DNA of 64,000 nucleotides from an uncultured Actinomycetes bacterium (GCA_963850485.1 CAWKLR010000026.1:43883-107882), one strand, 5' to 3'. Positions 31,427 through 41,101 are shown, numbered from the stretch's first letter. Notes: a model not told the origin generated them from the letters alone. Made by a program: numbers and translations.

Positions 31427-32437
31427 TCAATCCGGCTTGCGAGCGCGCGACGGTTGCACCCGCGCCGGCTCGCCCGGCATCTTCGGGAAGTTCGGCGGGT
31501 ACGGGGCCTCTCCGAGCCCTTCCTGCTCCTCGCGCTCGACCCATTCGAGCAGGACGCGAAGATCGCAGACCGCTTCGTCCATCCCCGCCTGGATGTCTCC
31601 GATCCGGGCGAAGCGCTCGGGCATCGTGGTCATCGTGAAGTCCTCGGTCTCGACGTCCGGCAGCTCGTCCCAGGTGACGGGCGCAGAGACCGCTGCGTCC
31701 GGGCGAGCGCGGACCGAGTAGGCCGAGGCGATCGTCCGGTCGCGCGCGTTCTGGTTGAAGTCGATGAAGACGCGACGACCGCGCTCCTCCTTCCACCACG
31801 CCGTCGTGACCTTCTTCGGGAGCCGCCGCTCGACCTCCCGCGCGAACGCGAGCGCGGCGCGGCGCACCACCGGGAACTCCCAGTTCGGCTCGATCCGGCA
31901 GAACACATGGACGCCGCGGTTTCCCGAGGTCTTCGGCCAGCCGACGTAGCCGATCTCGGCGAGCACCTCACGCACGAGCGCGCCGACGCGCTTCGCGTCC
32001 TTGAACGTCGTCCCCGGCTGCGGATCGATGTCGATGCGGAGCTCGTCCGGGTGCTCGGTGTCGCGCCGGCGAGAGGGCCAGGGATGGAAGTCGATCACCG
32101 CGAGGTTCGCGGCCCAGACGACCTGGGCGAGCTCCGTCACGCAGAGCTCGTCGGCGTGCCTGCCCGACGGGAAGGTGACGCGCGCCGCCTCGACCCACTC
32201 CGGTCGCTTCTCCGGCACGCGCTTCTGGTAGATCTGCTCGCCCGCGATCCCGTCCGGGAAGCGACGGAGCTGGGTCGGCCGCTCGTACAGCGTGCGCACG
32301 ATCCCGTCGCCGACCGCGATGTAGTAGTCGACGAGGTCGCGCTTGGTCTTCTTCGCCTTGGGGAACAGGATCTTGTCCGGGTTCGTCACCTTGACGACCC
32401 GCTCCCCCACTTCGAGCTCGACGAACGGCGAAGCCAT
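31427..32437 (-). CDS. LigD-type primase-polymerase (NHEJ/repair Prim-Pol domain protein)
   Basis: Intact 336 aa. ...VTNPDKILFP...RFPDGI...IDFHPW...LRIDIDP...KTSGNRGVHVF...IDFNQNARDRTIASAYSVR. Confidence 0.9.
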   Translation of the reverse strand: MASPFVELEVGERVVKVTNPDKILFPKAKKTKRDLVDYYIAVGDGIVRTLYERPTQLRRFPDGIAGEQIYQKRVPEKRPEWVEAARVTFPSGRHADELCVTELAQVVWAANLAVIDFHPWPSRRRDTEHPDELRIDIDPQPGTTFKDAKRVGALVREVLAEIGYVGWPKTSGNRGVHVFCRIEPNWEFPVVRRAALAFAREVERRLPKKVTTAWWKEERGRRVFIDFNQNARDRTIASAYSVRARPDAAVSAPVTWDELPDVETEDFTMTTMPERFARIGDIQAGMDEAVCDLRVLLEWVEREEQEGLGEAPYPPNFPKMPGEPARVQPSRARKPD

Positions 32438-32504
32438 GGCCGCACGCTACCCGGGCAGTGCTAGGCTCGCCGCGGCCTTCCCGGACTACAAGGAGTGGAT
32501 TCGC

Positions 32505-33377
32505 ATGCGCCCGGTTCTCTTCGGTCTCGCCCTCGTCTCACTCGCCCTCGCACTCGCGGCGACGGCCACCGGTAGTCCTGAGGCTCACGTCCAGACCGGC
32601 GCCTGCGCGAAGGCCAACCTCGACCTGATCGAGGACGGACGCCTGACCCTCGGCACCGACAATCCGGCGTTCCCGCCCTGGTGGGGCGGCGGCCAGACGC
32701 GGAAGCCCTGGAAGACGTCGAATCCCTACTCGGGCCGGGGGTACGAGTCCGCAGTCGCGTACGCCGTCGCTCGGCAGCTCGGCTTCGCCAAGCGCCAGGT
32801 GGACTGGCGCGCGGTGCCCTTCGCGCAGTCGTACCGGCCGGGCGACAAGAACTTCGACTTCTACCTGGCCCAGGTCTCGTACACACCGGAGCGTGCGAGG
32901 ACGATCGACTTCTCGAACGCGTACTACTTCGTGTACCAGTCGCTGGTCGGACGCGAGGGAACGGCCATAACTCGAGCCCGATCGGTCGCAGACCTCAAGT
33001 CCTTTCGGCTGGGGGCGCAGCTCGGCACGACGAGCTACCAGTACATCGCCAACTACATCGAGCCTTCCCAGAGCCCCCTCGTCTACGACTCGAACGACCT
33101 CGCCGTGCAGGCGCTGAAGAACGGTCAGATCGACGGCATCGTCGTCGACTTGCCCACGGCGTTCTACGTAACGGGCGTTCAGCTCGACGATGGCGCGATC
33201 GTCGGTCGCTTCGCGAGCCGAGGAGGAAGGGAGCGCTTGGGCATGGTCTTCGAGAAGGGCAGCTCTCTCCGGCGATGTGTCAACCGAGCGCTGAACCGGG
33301 TCTGGGCGAACGGGACGATCAAGCGACTCCAGAACCGCGAGCTGCCGAGCGGCACCGAGCTACGCGTCCTCAGGTAG
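32505..33377 (+). CDS. amino acid ABC transporter substrate-binding protein
   Basis: AAGGAG then ATG 32505. Signal peptide MRPVLFGLALVSLALALAATATG. Family 3 SBP-like (LTLGTDNPAFPPW..., DGIVVDLPTA). Confidence 0.85.
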   Translation: MRPVLFGLALVSLALALAATATGSPEAHVQTGACAKANLDLIEDGRLTLGTDNPAFPPWWGGGQTRKPWKTSNPYSGRGYESAVAYAVARQLGFAKRQVDWRAVPFAQSYRPGDKNFDFYLAQVSYTPERARTIDFSNAYYFVYQSLVGREGTAITRARSVADLKSFRLGAQLGTTSYQYIANYIEPSQSPLVYDSNDLAVQALKNGQIDGIVVDLPTAFYVTGVQLDDGAIVGRFASRGGRERLGMVFEKGSSLRRCVNRALNRVWANGTIKRLQNRELPSGTELRVLR

Positions 33378-33380
33378 CAG

Positions 33381-34229
33381 CTGGAAGGCGACCGCCGCTC
33401 CCGGATCCTGAGCACCTCGACTCCCCGCTCTGCCCAAGGGCGGGGAGTCCTGATCGCTGTCGCGAGCACGCTCGTCTTCGTCGGCGCGCTCGCGTTCCTC
33501 GCGACGCAAGCTCCCGGCTGGGAACGTTTCAAGGCGTACTTCTTCGACTGGGACCTGTACCGGGAGTCCTTTCCGGAGATCGCCGAGGCGTTCCTCCTGA
33601 ACGTGAAGATCTTCCTCATCGCCGAGGCGATCATCCTCGTCACCGCGCTCGGACTCGCGGTGCTGCGCAGCCTGCCCGGCCCGGTGTTCTTCCCCATACG
33701 CGTGCTCGCGATCGTCTACACGGACTTCTTCCGTGGAGTGCCGACGATCCTCGTCATCCTCATGCTCGGAACGGGGATGCCCGCTCTCGACATCGACTGG
33801 ATGCCCAAGTCACAGATCTTCTGGGCGGTCGTGTCCCTCGTCCTCGTCTATACCGCGTACGTCTCCGAGGTGTATCGCGCGGGCATCGAATCCGTCCATC
33901 CGAGCCAGGACGGCGCAGCTCGCTCGCTCGGCCTGAGCCGCCTCCAGTCCCTCCGCTACGTCGTCGTCCCGCAGGCGGTCCGCCGCGTGATCCCCCCGCT
34001 CCTGAACGACTTCATCGGGCTCCAGAAGGACACAGCGCTCGTCAGCGTGCTCGGGGTCGTCGAGGTTCTCCGCCAGACGCAGATCAACGAGGCGGCGGCA
34101 TTCAACGGCACGTACTACCTCGTCGCCGCGACGCTCTTCGTCGCGATCACGATTCCACTCGCGCGCTTCACGGACTGGATCGTGGCTCGCGACCGGCGGC
34201 GGCGGCAGGTGGCGGGAGTGGCTGCGTGA
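33381..34229 (+). CDS. amino acid ABC transporter permease (His/Glu/Gln/Arg/opine family), N-terminus unresolved
   Basis: The frame is open from the SBP stop but has no ATG/GTG/TTG before 33603. LIAVASTLVFVGALAFL... and the EAA-like region SQDGAARSLGLSRLQSLRYVVVPQA are in this frame. The likely N-terminal piece is in another frame. Confidence 0.75.
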   Translation: MEGDRRSRILSTSTPRSAQGRGVLIAVASTLVFVGALAFLATQAPGWERFKAYFFDWDLYRESFPEIAEAFLLNVKIFLIAEAIILVTALGLAVLRSLPGPVFFPIRVLAIVYTDFFRGVPTILVILMLGTGMPALDIDWMPKSQIFWAVVSLVLVYTAYVSEVYRAGIESVHPSQDGAARSLGLSRLQSLRYVVVPQAVRRVIPPLLNDFIGLQKDTALVSVLGVVEVLRQTQINEAAAFNGTYYLVAATLFVAITIPLARFTDWIVARDRRRRQVAGVAA

Positions 34230-34975
34230 TCGAGCCGATGCTCCGGGTCGAGGAGCTCCACAAGTCCTTCGGCAAGCTCGAAGTGCTACGTGGGATCGAC
34301 CTCGCGCTCGAGGAGCACGAGGTCGTGTGCCTGATCGGTGCCTCGGGCTCCGGCAAGTCGACGCTGCTCCGCTGCATCAACCTGCTCGAGCCGATCGACG
34401 CGGGACGGATCGTGCTGCGCGGGGACGAGATCACGGGAGCCGGCGTGGACGTCGATCGCGTGCGGAGCAGGATCGGGATCGTCTTCCAGGCCTTCAACCT
34501 GTTCCCGCACATGTCCGTGCTCGACAACGTCACCCTCGGGCCGCGGAAAGCGCTGCGGCTCGGAAGGAAGGAAGCCGACGGGCGCGCGACCGAGCTCCTG
34601 GGCCGATTCGGCCTCGCGGACAAGCGCGACGAGTATCCCGACCGGCTCTCCGGCGGACAGCAGCAGCGCGTCGCCATCGTCCGGGCGCTGGCGATGCAGC
34701 CGGGCCTGCTCCTGCTCGACGAGGTCACGAGCGCACTCGACCCCGAGCTCGTCGCCGAGGTGCTCGAGGTCGTCCGCGAGCTCGCCGCCGAAGGCATGAC
34801 GATGCTGATCGCCACGCACGAGATGAGCTTCGCCCGCGACGTCGCCCATCGTGTGTGCTTCCTGGACGAAGGAGTGATCCTGGAGCAAGGGAGCCCGGAG
34901 CAGATCTTCGGAGCTCCCGCGGAGCCTCGTACGCAGCAGTTCCTGCAGCGGATCGTCGACGCCGGGCGGCTGTAG
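34226..34975 (+). CDS. amino acid ABC transporter ATP-binding protein
   Basis: GASGSGKST (Walker A), LSGGQQQRVAI (signature), LLLLDE (Walker B). GTGA overlap with the permease stop. Lies in the tail of the long spurious ORF 32681..34975. Confidence 0.9.
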   Translation: MIEPMLRVEELHKSFGKLEVLRGIDLALEEHEVVCLIGASGSGKSTLLRCINLLEPIDAGRIVLRGDEITGAGVDVDRVRSRIGIVFQAFNLFPHMSVLDNVTLGPRKALRLGRKEADGRATELLGRFGLADKRDEYPDRLSGGQQQRVAIVRALAMQPGLLLLDEVTSALDPELVAEVLEVVRELAAEGMTMLIATHEMSFARDVAHRVCFLDEGVILEQGSPEQIFGAPAEPRTQQFLQRIVDAGRL

Positions 34976-35079
34976 CCGCACCGCTGTGGACGGATTGACA
35001 CGCAATCGTCGACTTACAGTGCCAGGCACTGTTAAGACCACCGTCGCCGCTCGCCGCGGCTTCGACGTATCGTTAGGCC

Positions 35080-35376
35080 GTGATCGAGGAGTCCCGCAGC
35101 ATCGACGTCACGCTCGAGCCGCTCGACGAGTTCGTCGTCGTCCAGCCCGTGGCGGACGAGACGGAGACGCGCGCGGGGCTGATCCTCCCTGCGTCGGCCA
35201 CCGAGACTGCTCCCTGCCGCACGGGGATCGTCACCGCGGTGGGGAGTGACGCGACCGGCGTGGAAGCAGGCGACAAGGTGCTGTACCCGCGCGACGCGGG
35301 CTACGACGTCCGCCTCGGCGGTATCGACGTCAAGGTCCTCAAGCGCGAAGAGCTGATCGCCCGCATCCACGATTGA
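35080..35376 (+). CDS. groES: GroES-like co-chaperonin (Cpn10 family), no groEL adjacent
   Basis: ...LEPLDEFVVVQPVADETETRAGLILPASA...GIVTAVG...GDKVLYPRDAGYDV...VLKREELIARI. Confidence 0.7.
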   Translation: MIEESRSIDVTLEPLDEFVVVQPVADETETRAGLILPASATETAPCRTGIVTAVGSDATGVEAGDKVLYPRDAGYDVRLGGIDVKVLKREELIARIHD

Positions 35377-35403
35377 GCCGCGGCTGCGGGCCGACGAGCA
35401 AGG

Positions 35404-35494
35404 CGGAGAAGGAGGGATTCGAACCCTCGAGGCAGGGTTTTCCCCACCTAACGCCTTAGCAGGGCGCCGCCTTCAGCCACTCGGCCACTTCTCC
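35404..35494 (-). tRNA. tRNA-Ser (anticodon GCT)
   Basis: The reverse complement folds as a type II tRNA: GGAGAAG acceptor, anticodon loop CTGCTAA, long variable arm, GGGTTCGAATCCCTC T-arm. Confidence 0.9.
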
Positions 35495-35574
35495 GCGCGC
35501 CTGCGCAGGATAACGGACGCTCTGGCGGGCACCGCGAGCCGCGGCAGCGATCGACGAGGCTACGCTGTCGGATC

Positions 35575-35661
35575 GGAGGGGTGCCGGAGCGGTCGAACGG
35601 GGCGGTCTCGAAAACCGTTAGGGGTGCAAGCCTCTCGAGGGTTCAAATCCCTCCCCCTCCG
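35575..35661 (+). tRNA. tRNA-Ser (anticodon CGA)
   Basis: GGAGGGG acceptor pairs with CCCCTCC. Anticodon loop CTCGAAA, long variable arm, GAGGGTTCAAATCCCTC T-arm. Confidence 0.9.
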
Positions 35662-35666
35662 TTAGC

Positions 35667-37022
35667 TCAGCGCGTCAGCTTCCCCTCGAGCTCCTGCAGC
35701 CCGCTGAAGATCGCCTCCGAAAACGTGGGATAGGGCTGGATCGTGTCGAGCAGGACGTCGACGGAGATCCGGGCGCGAACCGCGAGCGTGAGCTGGCCGA
35801 TCCACTCGCCCGCCTCGGGACCTACCGCCACCGCGCCGACGACGACCCGCTCGTCGGGATCGGCAGCGAGCTTCAGGACGCCCGGGCGCTTCGGGCGCTC
35901 GTAGGTCGAGAGCCGTCCGCCCTCGATCCGAAACTCGGCGGTCACCAGCCCGTCGCCGTCCATGGTTCCCACGGAGGCAACCTGGGGATCGGTGAAGACG
36001 GCCGCCGGGATCGCCCGGTAGTCCGCGACGTAATCCACACCGGCGATGTTCGCGGCCGCCACCCGCGCCTGGTACTTGCCGACGTGCGTGAGGAGGGCGA
36101 CACCGCTCGGGTCGCCGATCGCCCACACGTCGTCCGCAGCCCGCAGGCGCTCGTCGACGGTGATGCCCGTCTTCGTCAGCTCGACGCCGAGCTGTTCGAG
36201 GCCGAGGCCATGGACGTTCGCGCGTCGTCCCGTCGCGACGAGGAGCTTCTCCGCCTCGACGACGTCACCGGAGGCGAGCTCGACGCGGATCGCGTCAGCG
36301 GCCGCGCTGACCCGCTTTGCCTGCGCCTCGACTCGAACATCGATCCCCTCTTCCTCGAAGCGCTCGCGGAGCAGCGTTCCGGCGACAGGATCCAGGCGGG
36401 CGAGCAGGTGGCCGTGGCTCTCCAGGATCGTCACGCGGGAGCCGAGCCGGTGGAAGAACTGGGCGAGCTCCGCGCCGACGGGCCCACCGCCGAGGACGAC
36501 GAGGCTCTTCGGTACGGCTTTCGCCCACACGGCGTCGCGGTTCGTCCAGAACTCGACCTTGTCGAGGCCCTCCACGGGTGGCACCGCCGGCGATGACCCC
36601 GTCGCCACCACGAGGCGGGCGTACTCGATCTCCCGCTCGCCGACCGCGACGACACCCTTTCGGAGCACCCGTCCTTCGCCGCGAACGAGCTCGGCGTCCT
36701 GCTCGGCGAGCCAGTCGGCATGCCACGCGTCGTCGAGGCCGTCGGTCACCTGGTCGCGCCACCAGAACACGCGCTCGGCATCGAGCTCGCCGGTGATCGC
36801 CTCCGCGGCGCCGGGCGCTGCCCTGGCGGCTGCGAGGACTTCGCCCGACCGGAGGAGTGTCTTCGTCGGAAGGCACGCGTAGTAGGAGCATTCCCCGCCG
36901 GCGAGCTCCTTCTCGACGACGACGATCTCCACGTCCGGATCGAGCCGGCGCAGGGCGCCGACGAAGTGCTCACCGCTCGATCCGGCGCCGAGGACGACCA
37001 CAGGACCCTGTGCCTTCACCAC
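35667..37022 (-). CDS. pyridine nucleotide-disulfide oxidoreductase (dihydrolipoyl dehydrogenase/mercuric reductase-like class I)
   Basis: VVVLGAGSSG, redox-active GGECSYYACLPTK, second Rossmann VVLGGGPVGAELAQ, C-terminal dimerisation domain ending ...HPTFSE-like QPYPTFSEA. The start was trimmed to avoid the tRNA at 37024. Confidence 0.85.
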   Translation of the reverse strand: MVKAQGPVVVLGAGSSGEHFVGALRRLDPDVEIVVVEKELAGGECSYYACLPTKTLLRSGEVLAAARAAPGAAEAITGELDAERVFWWRDQVTDGLDDAWHADWLAEQDAELVRGEGRVLRKGVVAVGEREIEYARLVVATGSSPAVPPVEGLDKVEFWTNRDAVWAKAVPKSLVVLGGGPVGAELAQFFHRLGSRVTILESHGHLLARLDPVAGTLLRERFEEEGIDVRVEAQAKRVSAAADAIRVELASGDVVEAEKLLVATGRRANVHGLGLEQLGVELTKTGITVDERLRAADDVWAIGDPSGVALLTHVGKYQARVAAANIAGVDYVADYRAIPAAVFTDPQVASVGTMDGDGLVTAEFRIEGGRLSTYERPKRPGVLKLAADPDERVVVGAVAVGPEAGEWIGQLTLAVRARISVDVLLDTIQPYPTFSEAIFSGLQELEGKLTR

Positions 37023-37023
37023 A

Positions 37024-37112
37024 CGGAGAGGGCGGGATTTGAACCCGCGACGCACCTTTCAGCACGTACGCGATTTCCAGTCGCGCTCCTTAGGCCGCTC
37101 GGACACCTCTCC
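37024..37112 (-). tRNA. tRNA-Ser (anticodon GGA)
   Basis: Reverse complement: GGAGAGG acceptor, anticodon loop CTGGAAA, long variable arm, GCGGGTTCAAATCCCGC T-arm. Confidence 0.9.
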
Positions 37113-37139
37113 AGGCGGCGTAGCTTAGCCCGCCGCGAA

Positions 37140-37804
37140 CTAGCCTCCGGCTGCGGACGAGACGTACGCTGCGACGTCCTGAATCTGCTGCTCGGTCAGG
37201 GTGTCCGCGAACGGCGGCATCAGCCCGGCGCCGTTCGTCACCCGGTCGACCGCCGTATCGAAGGAAGGCGCCGCCGCATCGAGGTTGGGACCGACCGTGC
37301 CGCTCGTCCCCGCGTCGGCGAGCGTGTGACAGCTCCCGCAACCCCCGGGGCCCAGGAACACCTCTTTCCCGGCAACCGGGTCGCCCGCGCTTTCGGTCGG
37401 CTCGGTGGTAGCGGTCGTCTCGGTCGTGCTCGGTCGTCTCGGTCGTGTCGGTCGTCTCGGTCGTGCCGGTGGTCTCGGTCGGCTCCGTCGTCTCGGTGGT
37501 CGACGTCTCGGTCGGCGTCGTCTCGCCGGGCTCGGTCTCCTGTGCGACCTCCGCGTGCTCCTCCTCGCCCAGCTCGGCGAGCAGGATGACTGCCGTCATC
37601 TGCACGGCGAAGAGCACGATGCACGCTGCGATGAACCAGCCGAGGTACTTGGACGGGAACGTCGGGCCGCGAGCGCGGCACGACGAGCGCGACGACCAGT
37701 GCGAAGACGATGAAGAGGAGCGCGGAGGACAGAAGGCCGATCTCGTAGCCGGTCAGCGCCAGCGGCCAGTGAGACCAAGACGACACTGGCGAGGACGCTA
37801 CCAC
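37140..37804 (-). CDS. membrane-anchored c-type cytochrome with Thr/Glu-rich linker, frame broken twice (~37640 and ~37428)
   Basis: Pieces from three listed ORFs: MVASSPVSSWSHWPLALTGYEIGLLSSALLFIVFALVVALVVPRSRPD / PSKYLGWFIAACIVLFAVQMTAVILLAELGEEEHAEVAQETEPGETTPTETSTTETTEPTETTGTTETTDTTETTE / TTETTATTEPTESAGDPVAGKEVFLGPGGCGSCHTLADAG...LMPPF... Confidence 0.7.
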
Positions 37805-37826
37805 GGTGCCCGCCGCGAATACGGCG

Positions 37827-38123
37827 CTACTGCTCGAGCGGCGCCATGGTCAACCCGTGGCCGCCGAGCTGCGTCCAGTAGAGCTCCGCGAGCTCCTTGT
37901 GACCGGACCAGACGATCGCCTGCCCGGTGTTGTGGATCTTGTCCGCAAGTCGCATCCCACCGTCGTACGAGACTCCCGGGATAACGCTCGAGAGCGCGAA
38001 CGCCACCCCCTGGAACGTGTTGTGATCGTCGTTTCTCACGACCACGCGCCACGGCTTCCCGAGACCGCTTCCCGTGCCGCGCGAAGCTCGCTCGCGAGGC
38101 GGCGTCATCGTCGCCGGCGCCAT
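37827..38123 (-). CDS. clpS: ATP-dependent Clp protease adaptor ClpS
   Basis: ...WRVVVRNDDHNTFQGVAFALSSVIPGVSYDGGMRLADKIHNTGQAIVWSGHKELAELY... Confidence 0.85.
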   Translation of the reverse strand: MAPATMTPPRERASRGTGSGLGKPWRVVVRNDDHNTFQGVAFALSSVIPGVSYDGGMRLADKIHNTGQAIVWSGHKELAELYWTQLGGHGLTMAPLEQ

Positions 38124-38164
38124 GCCGGGACGGTACCAAGGGCTGCGCTACCCTTGAGCCTCCC

Positions 38165-38236
38165 GGGCGCATAGCTCAGCGGGAGAGCGCTCGCTTCACA
38201 CGCGAGAGGTCCCTGGTTCGATCCCAGGTGCGCCCA
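38165..38236 (+). tRNA. tRNA-Val (anticodon CAC)
   Basis: GGGCGCATAGCTCAGCGGGAGAGCGCTCGCTTCACACGCGAGAGGTCCCTGGTTCGATCCCAGGTGCGCCCA. Confidence 0.9.
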
Positions 38237-38417
38237 TCCATCGAACCCGCTGGAAAGCGCGGTTTCTCTCCTGAAGCATGCCTCGATTGAATCGACGGAG
38301 CGCTTACTTGGGTAGCAACGTCTGGAACGGAGAGGCAGGTAAGGCGAGGAAGAGCGTACGCCCAGCGCGGCAGGCGAATCGGCCAAGGGGGACCGTTCGC
38401 CTACGTGGAACGCGTGG

Positions 38418-41101
38418 TCACCCGTTCGCACATCCCGGGTGCGGGATGAGCGTGCGAAGCGCATAGGGAAGCGGCTGCGGGATGTCGCAGGCGGCACCCC
38501 AGATCTGCGGGTAGGGAGGCTGGTCCTTGACGTACCAGTGCCCGTCTCGGAAGACGGCGATGTCGGCATCTCCGATCGCCGTCGTAGTCTCCGGGAACGG
38601 GGACGATCTCCCGCCTGGCCCCAGATCTGCGGGAAGGGAGGCTGTCCCTGCACGTACCAGTGCCCGTTTCGGAAGACGGCGATGTCCGCATCTCCGTCTC
38701 CGTCGTAGTCGCCGGGGACGGGGACGTCTCCCGCCTGGCCCCAGATCTGCGGGTAGGGAGGCTGGTCCTTGACGTACCAGTGCCCGTTTCGGAAGACGGC
38801 GATGTCTACGTCTCCGTCTCCGTCGTAGTCAGCGGGGACGGGGACGTCTCCCGCCTGGCCCCAGATCTGCGGGTAGGGAGGCTGGTCCTTGACGTACCAG
38901 TGCCCGTTTCGGAAGACGGCGATGTCCGCGTCTCCGTCTCCGTCGTAGTCGGCGGGGACGGGGACGTCAGCCGCCTGGCCCCAGATCTGCGGGAAGGGAG
39001 GCTGTCCCTGCACGTACCAGTCCCCGTTTCGGAAGACGGCGATGTCGGTCGAGCCGTCGCCGTCGTAGTCAGCGGAGACCGAGAGATCCCCGCTTGCGCC
39101 CCAGATCTGCGGGAAGGGAGGCTGTCCTTGCATGTACCAGCCGCCCTCGGAGGGACGGAAGACCGAGAGGTCGGTGTCGCCGTCGCCGTCGAAGTCGGCG
39201 GGTGGGGGTGTTGGGGCCACCACCGCCTCGAGGTAGGCGTTCTCGTCGAGGTCGAGGCAGCCGGGGTTCGAATGTCTGTAGTAGTCGTCGTTCCCGGAGT
39301 CGAGAAGCACGTTCGCCCACCCGCTGGGGGCCCAGAAGTCGTCGCCCGCCCACATGAGGTCGTCGGCGGTGTCCGAGACGTGACCCGCTCGCCAATGGTG
39401 CGGCGCACAGGCGGGGGCGAAGCCCAGCGTGTGCATGACCTCGTGCAGCATCCCGAACTCCAGGTATGTCGGCGGCTCGCCTGGCCCGGCGAAAGAGTTC
39501 GAGGAGCACGGCACTGACTCATCGGGCAAACCGTTGAGGTACATGGCCGCTACGTTGCCGACGAGGGTTGGTGGCCAAGCGCCACCGCCGCACGAAAACG
39601 TACTCGTCCCGTCGTAGTAAACAGCGTAGATCGTGTTCGGATCGTCGAATCCCGCCGCCTCCGTCTCGTTCTCGATCTCATCTCGGACGAAGGCTCCAAA
39701 GCTGGCGATCTCATCGTCCGCGCGGCTCAGCTGGAAGAACGAGATGTCGAGCGAGCCCTGGAAAGTGTCCGCCCGGAACGGGCGACCCCCGGTCTTGCCC
39801 GCGAGCCACGTCTGGAACGACTCGACCGTGTTCTTGAGTGTTCCGTCCGTGTCGAGCTCGCGGTCCGTGCCGTCGCTTGGGAGCACGTACATCACGTGGA
39901 TCTGGGGGCCGGGAACGTCGTCCGGTCGATCGGCCGTCGCGCGTGGCAGTACAGGGCCGTACGTCACCGCGAGCGGCCCGTCCCTGAACTCATCGAGTAC
40001 TCCCAGGGTCGGATCGCCCGGGCCAATGTCATAGCTGGCCGGTGAGCCGTCCTTGTTCCACGCCCACACGAGCTCACCCGCGATGCCTGCCGCGAACTGC
40101 GCGCCGAATTTTGCCCGGAAGGCGTTCGCACGAGCATTCAGCGATGCCACGTCCTCCTGGCGAATCCCGGTTTCCCCGACGAACAAGGGCTTGTCGAGCG
40201 CGTTGCACTGATCGATGCGAACCTGCAGCCCGTTCCACTGATCGCCTGGAATTGGCACGTTCGGCGAGCCGTAGTCATGAAACTCGCATAGGTCGATAGT
40301 CGACAGGTCGTGCACGGACTGGTACTCCTCGCTCTGGGCACCGCACTGGCCGCCACCGATCGTCCCGAGGCTGACGAGGTGATTCGCGTCTATTGACTTG
40401 ATCAATCCCGAGACATCATCTGCAAAGCTCTTCAGAATCTGAGCCGCGTTCGCACTGCAAGATCCAGAGCCTTCGCTTGGCTTGACCTCAGCCTCGTTCA
40501 TGAGCTGCCACGCGAGAATCGTGGAGTCGTCCTTGTAGCGCTCGACGATCTCAGCGACCCAACCGCGATACGACACCGTTCCTGCTGCATCGGGTTGCGT
40601 GTAACCGCCCGTGTACCACGCCTCGTCCTTGAAGCTGCCCGCACCGCCGTTCAGGCCGTCGCAGTCCTTCCACTGGTTCCCGAGCGTCACGATGACCTTC
40701 GTGCCGTGCGACTGGGCGACAGCGAGGGTGTTGTCGATCGCACTCCAGTCCCGGACTCCGCCGACCGTCGCGAGCGACTGAAAGAACCATGACCGCATAA
40801 CCTTCGGTCCGCCCGCGTTCGACATCGCGGAAAGCGACTCGTCCAATGTTGGGCCCGAGCCCATCGGGTACCAGCAACCCGAAAGGTTGTTGGCGTTGTA
40901 GACGTTCATCCCGGTGAAGCGGTACGGCTGGCCGTCCAGCTCGAGCGAAGTGCCCGAGCGCGTGACGAATCCAGGCTGCGCTGCCATCGCGGCGGAGGAG
41001 CCTCCCACGATGGTTAGCACCGCGATTGGCAGAAGCACCGCGATCACGGCCACCGGATTCACCAAACCATGTGACCACGACCATCCGGGGGCCTGCCTCA
41101 T
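38418..41101 (-). CDS. secreted GH5-type glycoside hydrolase fused to an HExxH-containing middle domain and six C-terminal FG-GAP/VCBS-type repeats; frame broken twice in the last repeat
   Basis: ORF 38105..41101(-): signal peptide. GH5-like region (WQLMNEAE acid/base, LFVGETG nucleophile context). Then GMLHEVMHTLGF. Then the 40-aa repeat [40 protein letters not shown] x6. After correcting two 1-nt insertions the true end reads ...[27 protein letters not shown], stop at 38418. The ORF-track tail, which crosses tRNA-Val, is an artefact. Confidence 0.8.
38470..39205. repeat. 120-bp tandem repeat array (6 units) encoding FG-GAP-type blades
   Basis: The anchor CCCCAGATCTGCGGG recurs at 38497, 38619, 38739, 38859, 38979 and 39099. 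Confidence 0.9.

Noticed and set aside
32681-34225. N-terminal 515 codons of the 764-aa ORF 32681..34975
   Set aside because: Only the last 249 codons form the ABC ATPase. The upstream part is an out-of-frame read through the SBP and permease genes (Arg/Pro-rich).
38105-38417. C-terminal 100 codons of ORF 38105..41101(-), which run across tRNA-Val
   Set aside because: Produced by two 1-nt insertions in the last repeat. The repaired frame stops at 38418, and the remainder is antisense to a tRNA.
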